Shown here piece after piece: positions 30,207 to 40,754 of a DNA stretch of 64,000 bases. The notes beneath the pieces were generated by a model. That model worked only from the letters and a program-made list of their open reading frames with translations. It had not been told where the DNA came from and made no database searches. Position 1 is the stretch's first letter; the number at the start of each line of letters is the position of its first letter. The DNA comes from Candidatus Poribacteria bacterium (GTDB lineage: Bacteria > Poribacteria > WGA-4E > WGA-3G). The stretch is from NCBI GenBank assembly GCA_965215265.1, contig OZ244048.1, forward strand, positions 3,360,001 through 3,424,000, written 5' to 3'. The position numbers and the translations under genes were made by a program.

Positions 30207-31181
30207 ATGAATTCAGCAGAATTAGAATTCGAGAAACCGTTTATTGAATTGGAGGGCCACCTGTTGCAGCTAAAGACCTTTGCGCAGACACATCCAGAGT
30301 TGGACCTCTCTCAAGGAATTAACGCGCTAAAAGAGAACGCGGAAGTTCTCACTAAACAGAAGTTCCAAAAACTCAGTCGCTGGGATAAGGTACAGTTAGC
30401 ACGCCACGTGCAGCGTCCACAAGCCTCTGTCTATATTGATGCACTCTTTGAGGAACCGATTGAACTTCACAGTGATAAACTGTATGGAGATGACAGGGCT
30501 CTGATCGGCGGCTTGACGTGGTTTGTTGGGCAGCCAGTCGTCTACCTTGCACAGCAGAAAGGCACGAATTTTAAAGAGAGACAAGAGATGAACTTCGGCT
30601 ATACACATCCGGAAGGCTATCGTAAAGCCCGGCGGTTGATGCAGTTAGCCGATAAGTTTAACCGGCCTTTAATCTGTTTGGTGGATACGCCGGGCGCACA
30701 CTTCGATCTACGTTCTGAAGAATATGGACAAGCGATGGCGATTGCTGAAAACCTGGCCGAGATGATGCGGATGCGTGTTCCCATTCTCGTCGTTATTATT
30801 GGGGAAGGTGGGAGCGGCGGTGCATTAGCCATTGCTTTGGGAAACCGTGTCCTGATGATGGAGTACGCCATCTATTGTGTCGCGCCTCCCGAAGCTTGCA
30901 GCGGCATCGTGTGGAAGGATAAAGGCGAACACGCACCTGAAGCAACGGAGGGCTATAAACCGACAGCACCTGACCTACTCAAACTCGGTATTATTGATGG
31001 GATTATCCGTGAACCCCTTGGCGGTGCACACCGAGATGCAACGGCTGCGGCACGCAACGTCAAACGGGCAATCCGAAAACACCTTTCGGAATTGATGCAG
31101 CTCACCCCTGAACAACTTATCCAACAGCGATATGAAAAGTATCGACATCTCGGGCTTTATGGTGAGGATTCTGTAAAATAG
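30207..31181 (+). CDS. accA: Acetyl-CoA carboxylase carboxyltransferase alpha subunit
   Basis: LEFEKP, PEGYRKA, VDTPGA, IGEGGSGGAL, EPLGGAHRD. Confidence 0.95.
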   Translation: MNSAELEFEKPFIELEGHLLQLKTFAQTHPELDLSQGINALKENAEVLTKQKFQKLSRWDKVQLARHVQRPQASVYIDALFEEPIELHSDKLYGDDRALIGGLTWFVGQPVVYLAQQKGTNFKERQEMNFGYTHPEGYRKARRLMQLADKFNRPLICLVDTPGAHFDLRSEEYGQAMAIAENLAEMMRMRVPILVVIIGEGGSGGALAIALGNRVLMMEYAIYCVAPPEACSGIVWKDKGEHAPEATEGYKPTAPDLLKLGIIDGIIREPLGGAHRDATAAARNVKRAIRKHLSELMQLTPEQLIQQRYEKYRHLGLYGEDSVK

Positions 31182-31254
31182 AACGAGAATCCTTTGGCTA
31201 ACACTAATGTATATTCATACGCAACACCTATAAGTGGTGCTCCTTACGAAATCC

Positions 31255-32373
31255 ATGAAAATCCGAACGATTACCACGGGGGTTCCGTCTCCATTCTCGT
31301 CACACTATCTCCAGTGCGCTGCTGAATTTAACACAGTGTGCCGCACCTATTTTGAAGAAAACGGTTACGAGGTGCAATCGACACGGTTGAGCAGTCAAGC
31401 TTGGGATGAGTCACCAACCGTCGACGTGCTTCTCTCCTTGGAATCAGAGGCAAACGCATTAGGAGTTGAATTTCTCAGTTTAGGCACGATCTTCCCTGAT
31501 AATCTAAATACTGCAAGACATCTTGAACGGGTTGCTGACGCAATTGTCCAGAGCGAAACGCTTTTTGCAACTGTTACCCTCACGAAGCGATCAGGACAAG
31601 TAGCACGGGATATTGCCGAAACCACCGCCACCATCATTCAAGAAATAGCACGGTGCACCGAAGAGGGATACGGGAACCTCCGTTTTGCAGCGTTAATGAA
31701 TTGCCCACCAAACACGCCCTTCTTTCCGGCAGCATACTGGCACGGCACCGGTATCAATTTCGGCATTGGTTGGCAAGCTGCTGACTTAGTGCATAACGCT
31801 TTCGCTAACGCGCCAGATTTTGATACTGCACTACAGCACCTCAAAACGCTTATGGAGACAGAGGGACAGAAGATTGTCGCGCTTGCACAAACCTTGGCAC
31901 AGATACACGGTATCACGTTTATCGGAATAGACGTTTCACCGGCCCCTATGGGAGATGACAGCATCGCTTATGCAATTGAGCAACAGCTACCCGGGCGTTT
32001 CGGAGAACGCGGCACTTTGACAGTTTGCGCTGGCTTGACGCGCACACTCCGCACACTCAATTTGCCACTGTGTGGATATTCGGGGCTAATGCTACCTGTA
32101 CTTGAAGACATCGGTTTAGGGACAGGTCGCTTCAACATAGATAGTCTCTTACTCTATTCGGCTGTCTGTGGCACAGGCTTGGACACCATTCCAATTCCCG
32201 GCAATGCTTCTAGCTCGCAAATTACTGCCATTCTGATGGACGTAGCCACCCTATCTTCGCAACTCTCAAAACCCCTCTCAGCCCGTCTTTTTCCTGTGCC
32301 AGGGCTCAAGGCAGGCGACATGACTCGGTTTCAATCTCCTTATCTTACAAATACCACGGTTATGCCTATATAA
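31255..32373 (+). CDS. DUF711 family protein
   Basis: MKIRTIT, NLRFAAL..PFFPA, GIDVSPAP, GYSGLMLPVLED, SAVCGTGLDTIPIPG, KPLSARLFP. Confidence 0.85.
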   Translation: MKIRTITTGVPSPFSSHYLQCAAEFNTVCRTYFEENGYEVQSTRLSSQAWDESPTVDVLLSLESEANALGVEFLSLGTIFPDNLNTARHLERVADAIVQSETLFATVTLTKRSGQVARDIAETTATIIQEIARCTEEGYGNLRFAALMNCPPNTPFFPAAYWHGTGINFGIGWQAADLVHNAFANAPDFDTALQHLKTLMETEGQKIVALAQTLAQIHGITFIGIDVSPAPMGDDSIAYAIEQQLPGRFGERGTLTVCAGLTRTLRTLNLPLCGYSGLMLPVLEDIGLGTGRFNIDSLLLYSAVCGTGLDTIPIPGNASSSQITAILMDVATLSSQLSKPLSARLFPVPGLKAGDMTRFQSPYLTNTTVMPI

Positions 32374-32476
32374 TGTTGTCTTGCTCCGCATTTTATAGAT
32401 AGAAATACTGAATCTTCTCCGGCCAAACGAAAAAAGCAATCGGCGTGCACTTGAAACTTACCTAAAGTCAAAATTA

Positions 32477-32647
32477 ATGTATGAGACCGAGGATCCAGAG
32501 GTATTTGCAAAACTCTACAAAGAAAAGCTGCTCGAACAATTTGGAGATATCCCAGAGGTTCATATTGTCGTTGAGGTGGAGCGAGCCAGGAGGGCAAAAG
32601 AACCTATGGCAATGACAGCTCTCAAGGCGGCCTCGGTGCTTCTCTGA
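32477..32647 (+). pseudogene. 56-aa ORF or remnant with FGDIPEV motif (MYETEDPEVFAKLYKEKLLEQFGDIPEVHIVVEVER...)
   Basis: Hand translation; shares L-x-x-x-FGDIPEV with the remnant at 3651-4011; no clear RBS. Confidence 0.5.
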
Positions 32648-32651
32648 AAAC

Positions 32652-32697
32652 AAAAAAACCAGGGGCAGCCACTTGTGAGGGTGGCTGCCCCTGGTTT
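32652..32697 (-). terminator. Rho-independent terminator for the minus-strand LRR locus
   Basis: AACCAGGGGCAGCCAC/GTGGCTGCCCCTGGTT stem followed by a T-tract on the minus strand. Confidence 0.85.
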
Positions 32698-32736
32698 AGG
32701 TTAGGTTAGTTTAGTTTAACTTAGATTTCACTGAGG

Positions 32737-32916
32737 TTATTCTTCCGATTTGAACGTCGCCCACCGTTCTGTGAGTTTTCCGTCTGCACTCAGATGCTCT
32801 CTCAAGCGGGTTGTCTGCAGCGTCTGCTGCACACCCGTATTAGAGACATCTTCAATGCGGTAGTAATATACCACATTCGGTTTGGCAGACGTATCCGTCC
32901 AACTATAGTCGTTATT
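32737..32916 (-). pseudogene. Orphaned C-terminal fragment of the LRR/Ig surface protein
   Basis: 59 aa with no ATG: NNDYSWTDTSAKPNVVYYYRIEDVS...GKLTERWATFKSEE; same frame as the LRR gene. Confidence 0.7.
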
Positions 32917-32964
32917 CTAACATGACTCCTGATTTTAACAGGACTTTACCTCCATGTTAAGTTG

Positions 32965-34848
32965 TTACTTTGACAGTGCTGAAATATCCGACACTTGTGT
33001 ATCACTAAGATCCAGCACTTTCAAGTTGGTTAGGTCTGACAGAGGTGTGATATCCGACACTGGCGTACCCGAGAGAGACAGCTCTACCAAGCTGGTGAGG
33101 GTTAACAGCGCTGAAATATCCAACACTTCTGTATCACTGAGATCCAACTCTTCCAAGTTGGTTGCGAATTCAAGTCCGGTCAGATCGCTAACGTCTAGGC
33201 CACTTAAATCTAGGCTTGTTAAGCGGAGCATATCTGCCTGGGGGACAACCGTCCCCGCGGCGATGCCTAGTTCCTCCTTGATTTTCGCAAGGAGCATCTC
33301 ATCCGGAATGGTCACATCGGTGATTGTATTTACAGGCACTGTCAGCGCATCCGCGGATGCCTTGCTCGTGTTACCGGCAAGATCTGTAATAGCGCCTTCA
33401 GCAATCGATATCGCTACATCCCCATCAAAATTAGCAGGCGGGGTAATCGTCGCACGATAGACAGCATAGGGCGTACTGTGTTTTAGCTCACCGGCAAAAG
33501 GATCATTAACACCGGCGGCAGCCGTGGCTACAGCATCCACAGCATAAAAATCCGCACCGGAGATAGTCCAATCATCACGCTCCACGTCGTCACCATCGAT
33601 AAGAATCTTATCCGCACCAAAGGTATTGCTCTGCGGTTGTTCCGCATAGCGGCTGCCAGTCACATAATTAGCGAACTTGATTTCTATCTCAAACGCACCG
33701 GTTTGCTCCGCTACGGCATCGCCAATTGTTGGATGAGTTGTGTCGAGCGGATCGTGTCTGGCACCGATGCCGTCAACGATTTGGGCGACGACCGTGTCGG
33801 CGCTAAATGTATCTACTGAATAAAGATAAACATTTACCCCGTTGAGATTAAGGCGCTTATACGGCAGCGATTCACCAAGGTAGGTAAATGGACGTTGACC
33901 GGGATCAGCGACATCGACAGGCCACACGAAAGCACCCTCATAGTCTCCATTCGCGGCGGTACCGGTATCGGCCGTACCGGCCGTTACTTGGCCCCTTACC
34001 TTGCTAGAGTTCAGAGGCACATAGCTAGACCAACCATTATCTGTCGGAATAACGGACCGCGGACCATAATCACTCACCGTAGGCTGACTCCCTATCCTTA
34101 AGTATCCACCGCTCTGATCCTGACGATAAAGGGGGTCATCCCAGGCAGGCATTCTTATACCTTCTGGAGTGAAGTCACCATCTTGTACCGTGTATGTAAA
34201 GGTGACATAAAGGTTATCAGATGCTGTCTGAGAAACAGCGTCGTTTTCATCGACGCTCCAATGATATACAGTTCTCAGATTCTGCCGCCCGCTCCCAGGT
34301 AAGTCTGTGGGAGCGACTAGGGGATCATCATGCACCGTAGTGTCTATGTCCATGTATGCGAAACCGCGTAGAGTTATCCTTAATTTCGTATCCTGATGGA
34401 TTATCACCGGTTTGGTAAACTTCACGCGAATTCTTATCTGCTCCCCTGGCCCGTAGTGTTGAGCATCTCTAGCGTTAGCCCACTCTACCTTAGAATAACC
34501 GGTCGAAGCGTCTACAACTTCTGCCAATGCCATCTGTGCCTGAGCTCTTTTGGCGCGATCATCCCAACCTGCTGCTCCTGTTGTTGGTGGTACCGTCTCC
34601 CTTATCTCGAACCAACCTGGATTAGCTTCAAAAGCCTCTTGGCGAACGTGAGCATACATAGAAGGGCCCGCGCGGTTCGTGGGGGTACCAACTATCTCAA
34701 ATCCATCTGCTGCTATTGTCGGGTTCTTATCCGTGTCTGATGCTGCTGCCTGTACGTGGGACGGCATGCAGAGCACAGCAATGAATAATAGAACTAAAAT
34801 ACTTAATATATATAGGGGGGGGTGCATTCTTCTCTTCATCTTATCCAA
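32965..34848 (-). CDS. Secreted Ig-like/internalin-type leucine-rich repeat protein, C-terminally truncated
   Basis: Signal peptide (VQA/AA); Ig-like ITDLAGN segment; LRR cap VTIPD..L; 22-aa LRRs (DLTGLEFATNLEELDL, DITPLSDLTNLKVLDL) stopping mid-repeat. Confidence 0.8.
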   Translation of the reverse strand: MDKMKRRMHPPLYILSILVLLFIAVLCMPSHVQAAASDTDKNPTIAADGFEIVGTPTNRAGPSMYAHVRQEAFEANPGWFEIRETVPPTTGAAGWDDRAKRAQAQMALAEVVDASTGYSKVEWANARDAQHYGPGEQIRIRVKFTKPVIIHQDTKLRITLRGFAYMDIDTTVHDDPLVAPTDLPGSGRQNLRTVYHWSVDENDAVSQTASDNLYVTFTYTVQDGDFTPEGIRMPAWDDPLYRQDQSGGYLRIGSQPTVSDYGPRSVIPTDNGWSSYVPLNSSKVRGQVTAGTADTGTAANGDYEGAFVWPVDVADPGQRPFTYLGESLPYKRLNLNGVNVYLYSVDTFSADTVVAQIVDGIGARHDPLDTTHPTIGDAVAEQTGAFEIEIKFANYVTGSRYAEQPQSNTFGADKILIDGDDVERDDWTISGADFYAVDAVATAAAGVNDPFAGELKHSTPYAVYRATITPPANFDGDVAISIAEGAITDLAGNTSKASADALTVPVNTITDVTIPDEMLLAKIKEELGIAAGTVVPQADMLRLTSLDLSGLDVSDLTGLEFATNLEELDLSDTEVLDISALLTLTSLVELSLSGTPVSDITPLSDLTNLKVLDLSDTQVSDISALSK

Positions 34849-35911
34849 CTCCTTGTTATTTTTTATCCTGTTACGGAATAAACTTTACTTGACTTTATAG
34901 TTCGGACTAAGTTTCCGAACAGACTACGTTTTCAACACTTTTTGCCAATTCGTCAGACGGGCACACAAGGTGTTCAAGAAAATGAAATCGTGTTTGTGAG
35001 TCACTTTCCAAAAAATGAAGTGCATTCACAAACTGCCAACGGACACGTCAACTCATTCTTTCACTTTTAAAGAACACTTTTGCTCTCTTCGCAAAAGGTT
35101 AATTTTAATTATACCACAAGAAGAAGTGTTTGTCAAAACTTTTTGAACGAACGAGACGGAGAGGAGAGCGGTAATCAATATTTTCGAAGGAACATGTTTT
35201 ATCTCCTTTGGAATCGGCCAGGCGAGAGCAGAGGGAATCCCGTTCCATCTCATAGATTGGGATGATGAGTGAGATTTTTATCTGGAGTGCGGTCAGGTGA
35301 GACGGCTCGCCTAAGCACCTAGCACACGCTAGTAATTTAACAAACACTACGGTAACAGAAGATATAGCGACCGGTGAGACTATTACGGAAACCGTTGAGT
35401 AATTAAAAGATCATGGTCACTGGTATGATGTTTAACAAACCCAGTGGCCGTGTCGGGGGCAATAACGCTCACCGGGGTTATTGTCGGTATTGTCGTCAGC
35501 GGAGGCAATAATTAGCATATCACAAGTAGAGAGTATTAAGGAGAACTGAAAGATGAAAAAACTTTTACTGACGTGTATGCTCCGCAAAGGCAGTGGAGTG
35601 ACTCAGCCGGTGGCTACATTGATGTGTGGGTAAAAGTCGGCACCACCACTACTACGACAACAGAAGAGGTACCGACTGGTGAGACTGTTACGGACTCGGT
35701 ATTGCCCTGAGCAATTGCACCTAGCCCTGTCGGACATATAGATCAAAAAGCTAGGTGTTCGACTGCGTTTTTTCGAATCTGTCCTCGTTCCGTCTTTTGC
35801 TTTTCCTATCCCTTCCTCAAACATCTAACTTCCACCCGATTATGGAGTATACCGGACAATGTTAGTTCGCATGAAGGTGAAACTTAAATTTCTTCAGCTG
35901 CGCATTTTTTC

Positions 35912-36268
35912 TTGTCAGTTAAGACAAATTCTGATAAGATACCCATAATACAGTCGCTTGGGCAAGGGCACTGGACTCACCTCGTCCATCCAATTTTTAG
36001 CCAAGCCGACGGCTTGGTAACCATTCATTCAGTCCTGGTTGTCCGGATTGAAGCGATGCAAACGCCAGATACGCATGGGCACGGATCCGGTATGGACGAG
36101 GTCTGGTACATGCTTGAAGGTAACGGCATGCATGTTGTCAGTCGAAATGTTTATAGGCAGATGCCGGGTGATGCCGTTTCTGTTGCACCATCAAATCCGG
36201 GGCATAGCCTTATAAATGACACAGATAAACCGCTCAAAACTTTCTATTTTGCCCGGTACAACCGGTAA
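35912..36268 (+). CDS. Cupin domain protein, possibly 5'-truncated
   Basis: HGHGSGMDEVWY and PGD...GHSLIN cupin motifs; weak TTG start with no RBS. Confidence 0.6.
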   Translation: MSVKTNSDKIPIIQSLGQGHWTHLVHPIFSQADGLVTIHSVLVVRIEAMQTPDTHGHGSGMDEVWYMLEGNGMHVVSRNVYRQMPGDAVSVAPSNPGHSLINDTDKPLKTFYFARYNR

Positions 36269-36277
36269 GGGAGCACT

Positions 36278-37735
36278 ATGGCTGAAAAACCGAATGTCTT
36301 GCTAATCACAACCGACCACTGGCCCAACTCGCTGTTGGGAGTCAGTGGGCATCCTAAGATACAGACACCGACGTTGGATACACTTGCCTGCAGCGGTACG
36401 CGCTTCACGCGCGGCTACAGCGAATGCCCCGTGTGTGTGCCCGCGAGAAAGACGTTGATGACAGGAACACCCCCACGCATCCACAAAGACCGCGTGTTCA
36501 AAGACCGGCAAGGCTTAAACGGATTGCCGACACTCGCACAAACGTTTCGAGATGCTGGATATCAAGCGTATGCAGTTGGCAAGTTGCATGTGCACCCCCA
36601 ACGCAACCGCATCGGGTTTGACGATGTGATACTCGGTGAGGAGGGTAGATTGCAGCACGGTGTGATCGATGATTACGAACTGTTCCTGGGAGACCGGGGC
36701 TACGTGGGCCAGCAGTTTGCACACGGAATGTGTAACAACGATTATCTCAACCGTCCCTGGCATCTCCCCGAAGATTGCCACGTTACCAACTGGAGTACAC
36801 AACAGATGGTCCGCATGATTAAAAGACGGGACCCGACTCGGCCCGGGTTCTGGTATCTCTCTTATTGTCATCCGCATCCGCCTTTGGCACCCTTGGAGTG
36901 CTATATGGATATGTATCGTGATATTGACGTGGACATGCCGTATTGTGGTACATGGGCGACGGTGCCAGAGAAGTTACCGTTACCTATCAGAGGGCGCCAA
37001 ATGCAGGACGCACATTTCACTGAAGATCAGATTCGGTCAGCGAGACAGGCGTTTTACGCACTCTGTACGCACATAGACCATCAACTTCGCGTGGTTATTG
37101 GGACTTTGCGAGAAGAAGGCCTATTGAACAACACGATTCTGTTGTTTACGTCCGACCACGGCGATATGCTCGGCAATCATCAGTTGTGGGCAAAACGCCT
37201 CTTTTATGAAGACTCTGCCAACGTCCCAATGCTCCTTGTCGGCGTTGCTGGCGATGAAAGGGTTGGGCATCATAGGGTGGACGACAGGCTTGTCGGATGG
37301 CAAGACGTGATGCCGACTCTGTTGCACCTTGCAGGCATTGATATCCCTGATACGGTAGAAGGCATCTCCATGGTGGGTGGTGAAAAACGAGAGCGGTTAT
37401 ACGGCGAGTGCAGCGAAGGCGCACAAGCAACCCGGATGATTCATGATGGCCGTTTCAAGTTAATTTACTACGCGAGCGGAAACTACCGACAACTCTTCGA
37501 TTTGCAGGCGGATCCGCGGGAATTGATAGACCTCGCCCCCAATTTAGAGTACGCAGACGTGCTTGAACAGTTGACTAACCACCTCATCCGCGAACTCTAT
37601 GGAGGCGATGAAAACTGGGTTCAAGATGGTGCCCTTGTCGGCTTACCAGACCGGGACTATAACCCGTCTCCGAATTGTGCGTTATCAGGACAGCGTGGGC
37701 TCCATTGGCCGCCCCCGCCCTCGGCGGGCCGTTAG
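36278..37735 (+). CDS. Formylglycine-dependent (Cys-type) sulfatase
   Basis: PNVLLITTD, CVPAR (CxPxR) LMTG, GKLH, PHPP, SDHGD. Confidence 0.92.
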   Translation: MAEKPNVLLITTDHWPNSLLGVSGHPKIQTPTLDTLACSGTRFTRGYSECPVCVPARKTLMTGTPPRIHKDRVFKDRQGLNGLPTLAQTFRDAGYQAYAVGKLHVHPQRNRIGFDDVILGEEGRLQHGVIDDYELFLGDRGYVGQQFAHGMCNNDYLNRPWHLPEDCHVTNWSTQQMVRMIKRRDPTRPGFWYLSYCHPHPPLAPLECYMDMYRDIDVDMPYCGTWATVPEKLPLPIRGRQMQDAHFTEDQIRSARQAFYALCTHIDHQLRVVIGTLREEGLLNNTILLFTSDHGDMLGNHQLWAKRLFYEDSANVPMLLVGVAGDERVGHHRVDDRLVGWQDVMPTLLHLAGIDIPDTVEGISMVGGEKRERLYGECSEGAQATRMIHDGRFKLIYYASGNYRQLFDLQADPRELIDLAPNLEYADVLEQLTNHLIRELYGGDENWVQDGALVGLPDRDYNPSPNCALSGQRGLHWPPPPSAGR

Positions 37736-37803
37736 GGAAATATGATTATAGCGAAGTATAAACTAACAAGTAACCTCAATGATAAGAGTTATGAACAACT
37801 TGT

Positions 37804-37832
37804 TTGACAAAATCATAAATGTGGTTTAAAAT
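37804..37832 (+). promoter_or_regulatory. Sigma70-type promoter
   Basis: TTGACA-17 bp-TAAAAT. Confidence 0.6.
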
Positions 37833-38023
37833 AAGGTGATATGGTCCTTTTTGATTTCTTTGTGTACCAGACTTTTTACTGAATATAGTGTCCTCAAACA
37901 CAGTATGCGAAGTTGAAATATGTAGGAAAAAGGCGTTTGGCACTGTCAAAAAAAATGGAGTGTAGTCCTATTTTTTGGGAGCATGATTTGGCAGTGCACT
38001 ATAAATTATAGAAAGGAAAAAAA

Positions 38024-38377
38024 ATGTTAGCTGAAATACGCCAGAGAGAAGGTGTTATTGTTATTCGGCCCGTCGGACGCATGATCGGCGCGGCGAATAT
38101 TGAACTCAAACAACAGGTTAATGAAGAACTTGAGGAGTATTTTGATGCACCGAAGATTCTCTTTAACCTTGAGGCTGTCAACCGGATGGATAGTAGCGGT
38201 TTAGGGACGCTTGTTTCTGTGCATGTAAGCGTTTCTCGAAAAGGCGGCCGCACAGCGATTGTTGGGGCCGGGGCGCATATCAGAAACCTCCTTGTCCTGG
38301 GCCGATTATTGACCGTTTTTGAGAGCTACGATAGTGAAGAGGAGGCGATTCTCGCGCTAACAACGGAGAAAAGTTAG
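38024..38377 (+). CDS. STAS domain protein (anti-sigma factor antagonist)
   Basis: NLEAVNRMDSSGLGTL with the phospho-acceptor Ser. Confidence 0.9.
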   Translation: MLAEIRQREGVIVIRPVGRMIGAANIELKQQVNEELEEYFDAPKILFNLEAVNRMDSSGLGTLVSVHVSVSRKGGRTAIVGAGAHIRNLLVLGRLLTVFESYDSEEEAILALTTEKS

Positions 38378-38384
38378 AAAATTT

Positions 38385-39566
38385 ATGGAAAATCACAACC
38401 GTCCAACCCTTACTGTCCATGCTGGCTTCCATGACCGGGACGGATGCCCTGTTATTGTTAACGTCAGCGATGCCGCCTTCAACTCATTTGTGAACCGGGA
38501 GGTATTCTTAACCAATTCGGAAAACGGCGATGTTATCCCCGCACAGTGTTATCCCAGCAAGGATGGCACGTCTACTACCTTGGCCTGGATATTGGATGGC
38601 CTTGCTGCAGGCACTTCGCGTACCTATACTCTCTCTGAGGGAAACGTTGCAGAGGAATCCGGTGTTGAATTAAAGGATGGATGCGAGACAATTGATATCA
38701 CTTGCAACAGGCGGCCCTTTACAACGTTCCGCTACGGCAAATCACAGTTCCGCCCCTATTTCTTTCCTCTGCTCGGTCCCGAGGGCCGTGAGGTGACACG
38801 CGGGGAAACGAGTAATATCTCAAAAGATCACGTTCATCACCGTTCTCTCTACGTTGCCTACGGTGAAGTCAACGACGTTGACTTGTGGGGCGAAGGGAAA
38901 AATTCGGGCCGGGTTGTCCATCAGAAATTCAGCGAGAAACACGGGGGTGCTGTTCTCGGAAGGATTTATACTGTAAACAATTGGGAGAACCCGGACGGCC
39001 GCGTATTGATGACAGATATGCAGCACTTCCGAATCTACAATCTGCCTGAGGACGCGGCGATCCTTGACCTGGATTTAACCTTTATCGCCTCTGTCGGGGA
39101 TGTGCATTTTGGAGATACCAAAGAGGGGGGTATTATATCGATCCGGGTGCATCCCTCCATGAATGCCTCTAATGGTGGGAAAATAGAAAACGCTTTCGGG
39201 GGTATAAATGAAGGTGAAACTTGGGGCAAGCGCGCGCATTGGTGTGATTATTCGGGTGTCGTTGATGGCACATCTGTGGGGCTGGCTGTATTCGATCATC
39301 TCAGCAATCCACGGTATCCAACGTATTGGCACGTTCGCAACTACGGATTAATGGGAACCAACATCTTTGGAAGCGGGACGTTTGAAGGCGATGCGTCCAA
39401 AGACGGTTCCTATATTCTAAAAAAAGGTGAGGAGATGCACTTCCGGTTCCGCGTGCTGATTCATGTGGGTGATGCAACAGCAGGGAAGGTAGCACAGAAA
39501 TATCATGATTTCATCAATCCCCCTGCCGTTGAAGTCTCAGCTGCTTCTGGCACGGAGGCCGGTTAG
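38385..39566 (+). CDS. DUF6807 (so-called PmoA family) protein
   Basis: RPYFFPL, DHVHHRSL, AHWCDYSG, DHLSNPRYPTYWHVRNYGL. Confidence 0.8.
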   Translation: MENHNRPTLTVHAGFHDRDGCPVIVNVSDAAFNSFVNREVFLTNSENGDVIPAQCYPSKDGTSTTLAWILDGLAAGTSRTYTLSEGNVAEESGVELKDGCETIDITCNRRPFTTFRYGKSQFRPYFFPLLGPEGREVTRGETSNISKDHVHHRSLYVAYGEVNDVDLWGEGKNSGRVVHQKFSEKHGGAVLGRIYTVNNWENPDGRVLMTDMQHFRIYNLPEDAAILDLDLTFIASVGDVHFGDTKEGGIISIRVHPSMNASNGGKIENAFGGINEGETWGKRAHWCDYSGVVDGTSVGLAVFDHLSNPRYPTYWHVRNYGLMGTNIFGSGTFEGDASKDGSYILKKGEEMHFRFRVLIHVGDATAGKVAQKYHDFINPPAVEVSAASGTEAG

Positions 39567-39680
39567 GTATCTGGCGTGAATTATGATTAATCGCCAAGGT
39601 TACTTTGGCGAAATTCGGACAAAACGCTTCACACCAAAAGGTCTTGAATGCTTTAATTTAGAAAAAAAGGAGATTCAAAC

Positions 39681-40754
39681 ATGCCAATCCGAACCATTCA
39701 CGTCGGATGCACCCACTTTGCGCACGGCCGCTTGCAAGCACAAATTAACACAAACGGTTTGGAACCGGTTGCATGTGTCGATATTAATCTGGAAGCGGCA
39801 CGTGCAGGTGTAGCCAGTCTACAGGGGGATGTGCCGCCATATCTGTCAGAGCGCATCTACACGACGATAACCGAAGCAAAAGAGAAGCATGATGCAGAAG
39901 GCTGCCTTATTTATGCTTCGACAACCGTTCACGCGAAGCTGATTGTGGAAAGCCTGAATCTCGGCATGCATACCCTCTGTGTGAAGCCGATTGCAACAAC
40001 ACAGACAGAATTCCGTGAGATTATCCGGGCACACAATGCGAATCCAGGGGTCATGCTCGTGCAAGGGCAGAACAAGCGGTGGAACCCCGCTGCAGCGAAA
40101 ATGCGGGAATGGCTCCGTGAAGAAGGCGGGATCGGAGCCATGTTAGCCGGGGAATGCCGATTCTGGATTCGGCAGAATCTGTACACCGGAGCCGATTCTC
40201 GGCAACCTGATGCTTACGTCGATGGACTCTTCTTTCATGCCGGCACCAGTCATCAACTTGACCAGCTCGTAGCGGCAAAAGGGTTACCTAAGTACGTTAC
40301 AGCGTACATCCACAACCGACGCGATCCGGAGCTTGGACAAATTGAGGCGTGGGGCACTGCCGGCGGAAACGCCCTCATGGAATATGCCAACGGCGCACCT
40401 TTCTCGTACGCAGGAACCCGAGCCGGGCATGCCGGATCCTTTGGCTGGAGTGGCCATTGGACGTTCCACGGTGAAGACGGTGATATCCGCCGAGATGCTG
40501 GGCACTTGCAACTATTCCGAACAGGAACGTGCGTTGAAGACCTCACACTGCAGGATCTTCACCCTGGACTCATCGAGGACGATCGGCTCCAATTTGATGC
40601 ATTCGCTGAAGCAATTGCAACAGGCAAAGATCGTGAGTGGATGCAGGAGACAACCTTAGGTACCTGGCTGATGATGGAGGCATGCAACGAATCAGCACGA
40701 ACGCACGAACGCGTTGATATGGAAGTGTTTGCTGCGAAAATGCTAGCTGCATGA
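39681..40754 (+). CDS. Gfo/Idh/MocA family oxidoreductase (divergent)
   Basis: Rossmann-like start, CVKP in place of EKP, QNKRWNP, HQLD. Confidence 0.75.
   Translation: MPIRTIHVGCTHFAHGRLQAQINTNGLEPVACVDINLEAARAGVASLQGDVPPYLSERIYTTITEAKEKHDAEGCLIYASTTVHAKLIVESLNLGMHTLCVKPIATTQTEFREIIRAHNANPGVMLVQGQNKRWNPAAAKMREWLREEGGIGAMLAGECRFWIRQNLYTGADSRQPDAYVDGLFFHAGTSHQLDQLVAAKGLPKYVTAYIHNRRDPELGQIEAWGTAGGNALMEYANGAPFSYAGTRAGHAGSFGWSGHWTFHGEDGDIRRDAGHLQLFRTGTCVEDLTLQDLHPGLIEDDRLQFDAFAEAIATGKDREWMQETTLGTWLMMEACNESARTHERVDMEVFAAKMLAA

Noticed and set aside
32696-32725. TTAGG/TTAGT pentamer run
   Set aside because: Degenerate low-complexity sequence beside a terminator; not telomeric or regulatory evidence
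32914-32962. Integron attC site
   Set aside because: The core-like ends are only about 48 bp apart, shorter than typical attC; there are no clear L boxes, integrase or cassette array
38385-39566. Methane monooxygenase PmoA
   Set aside because: Soluble DUF6807-type protein; the PmoA label for this family is misleading and there are no pmoB/pmoC genes
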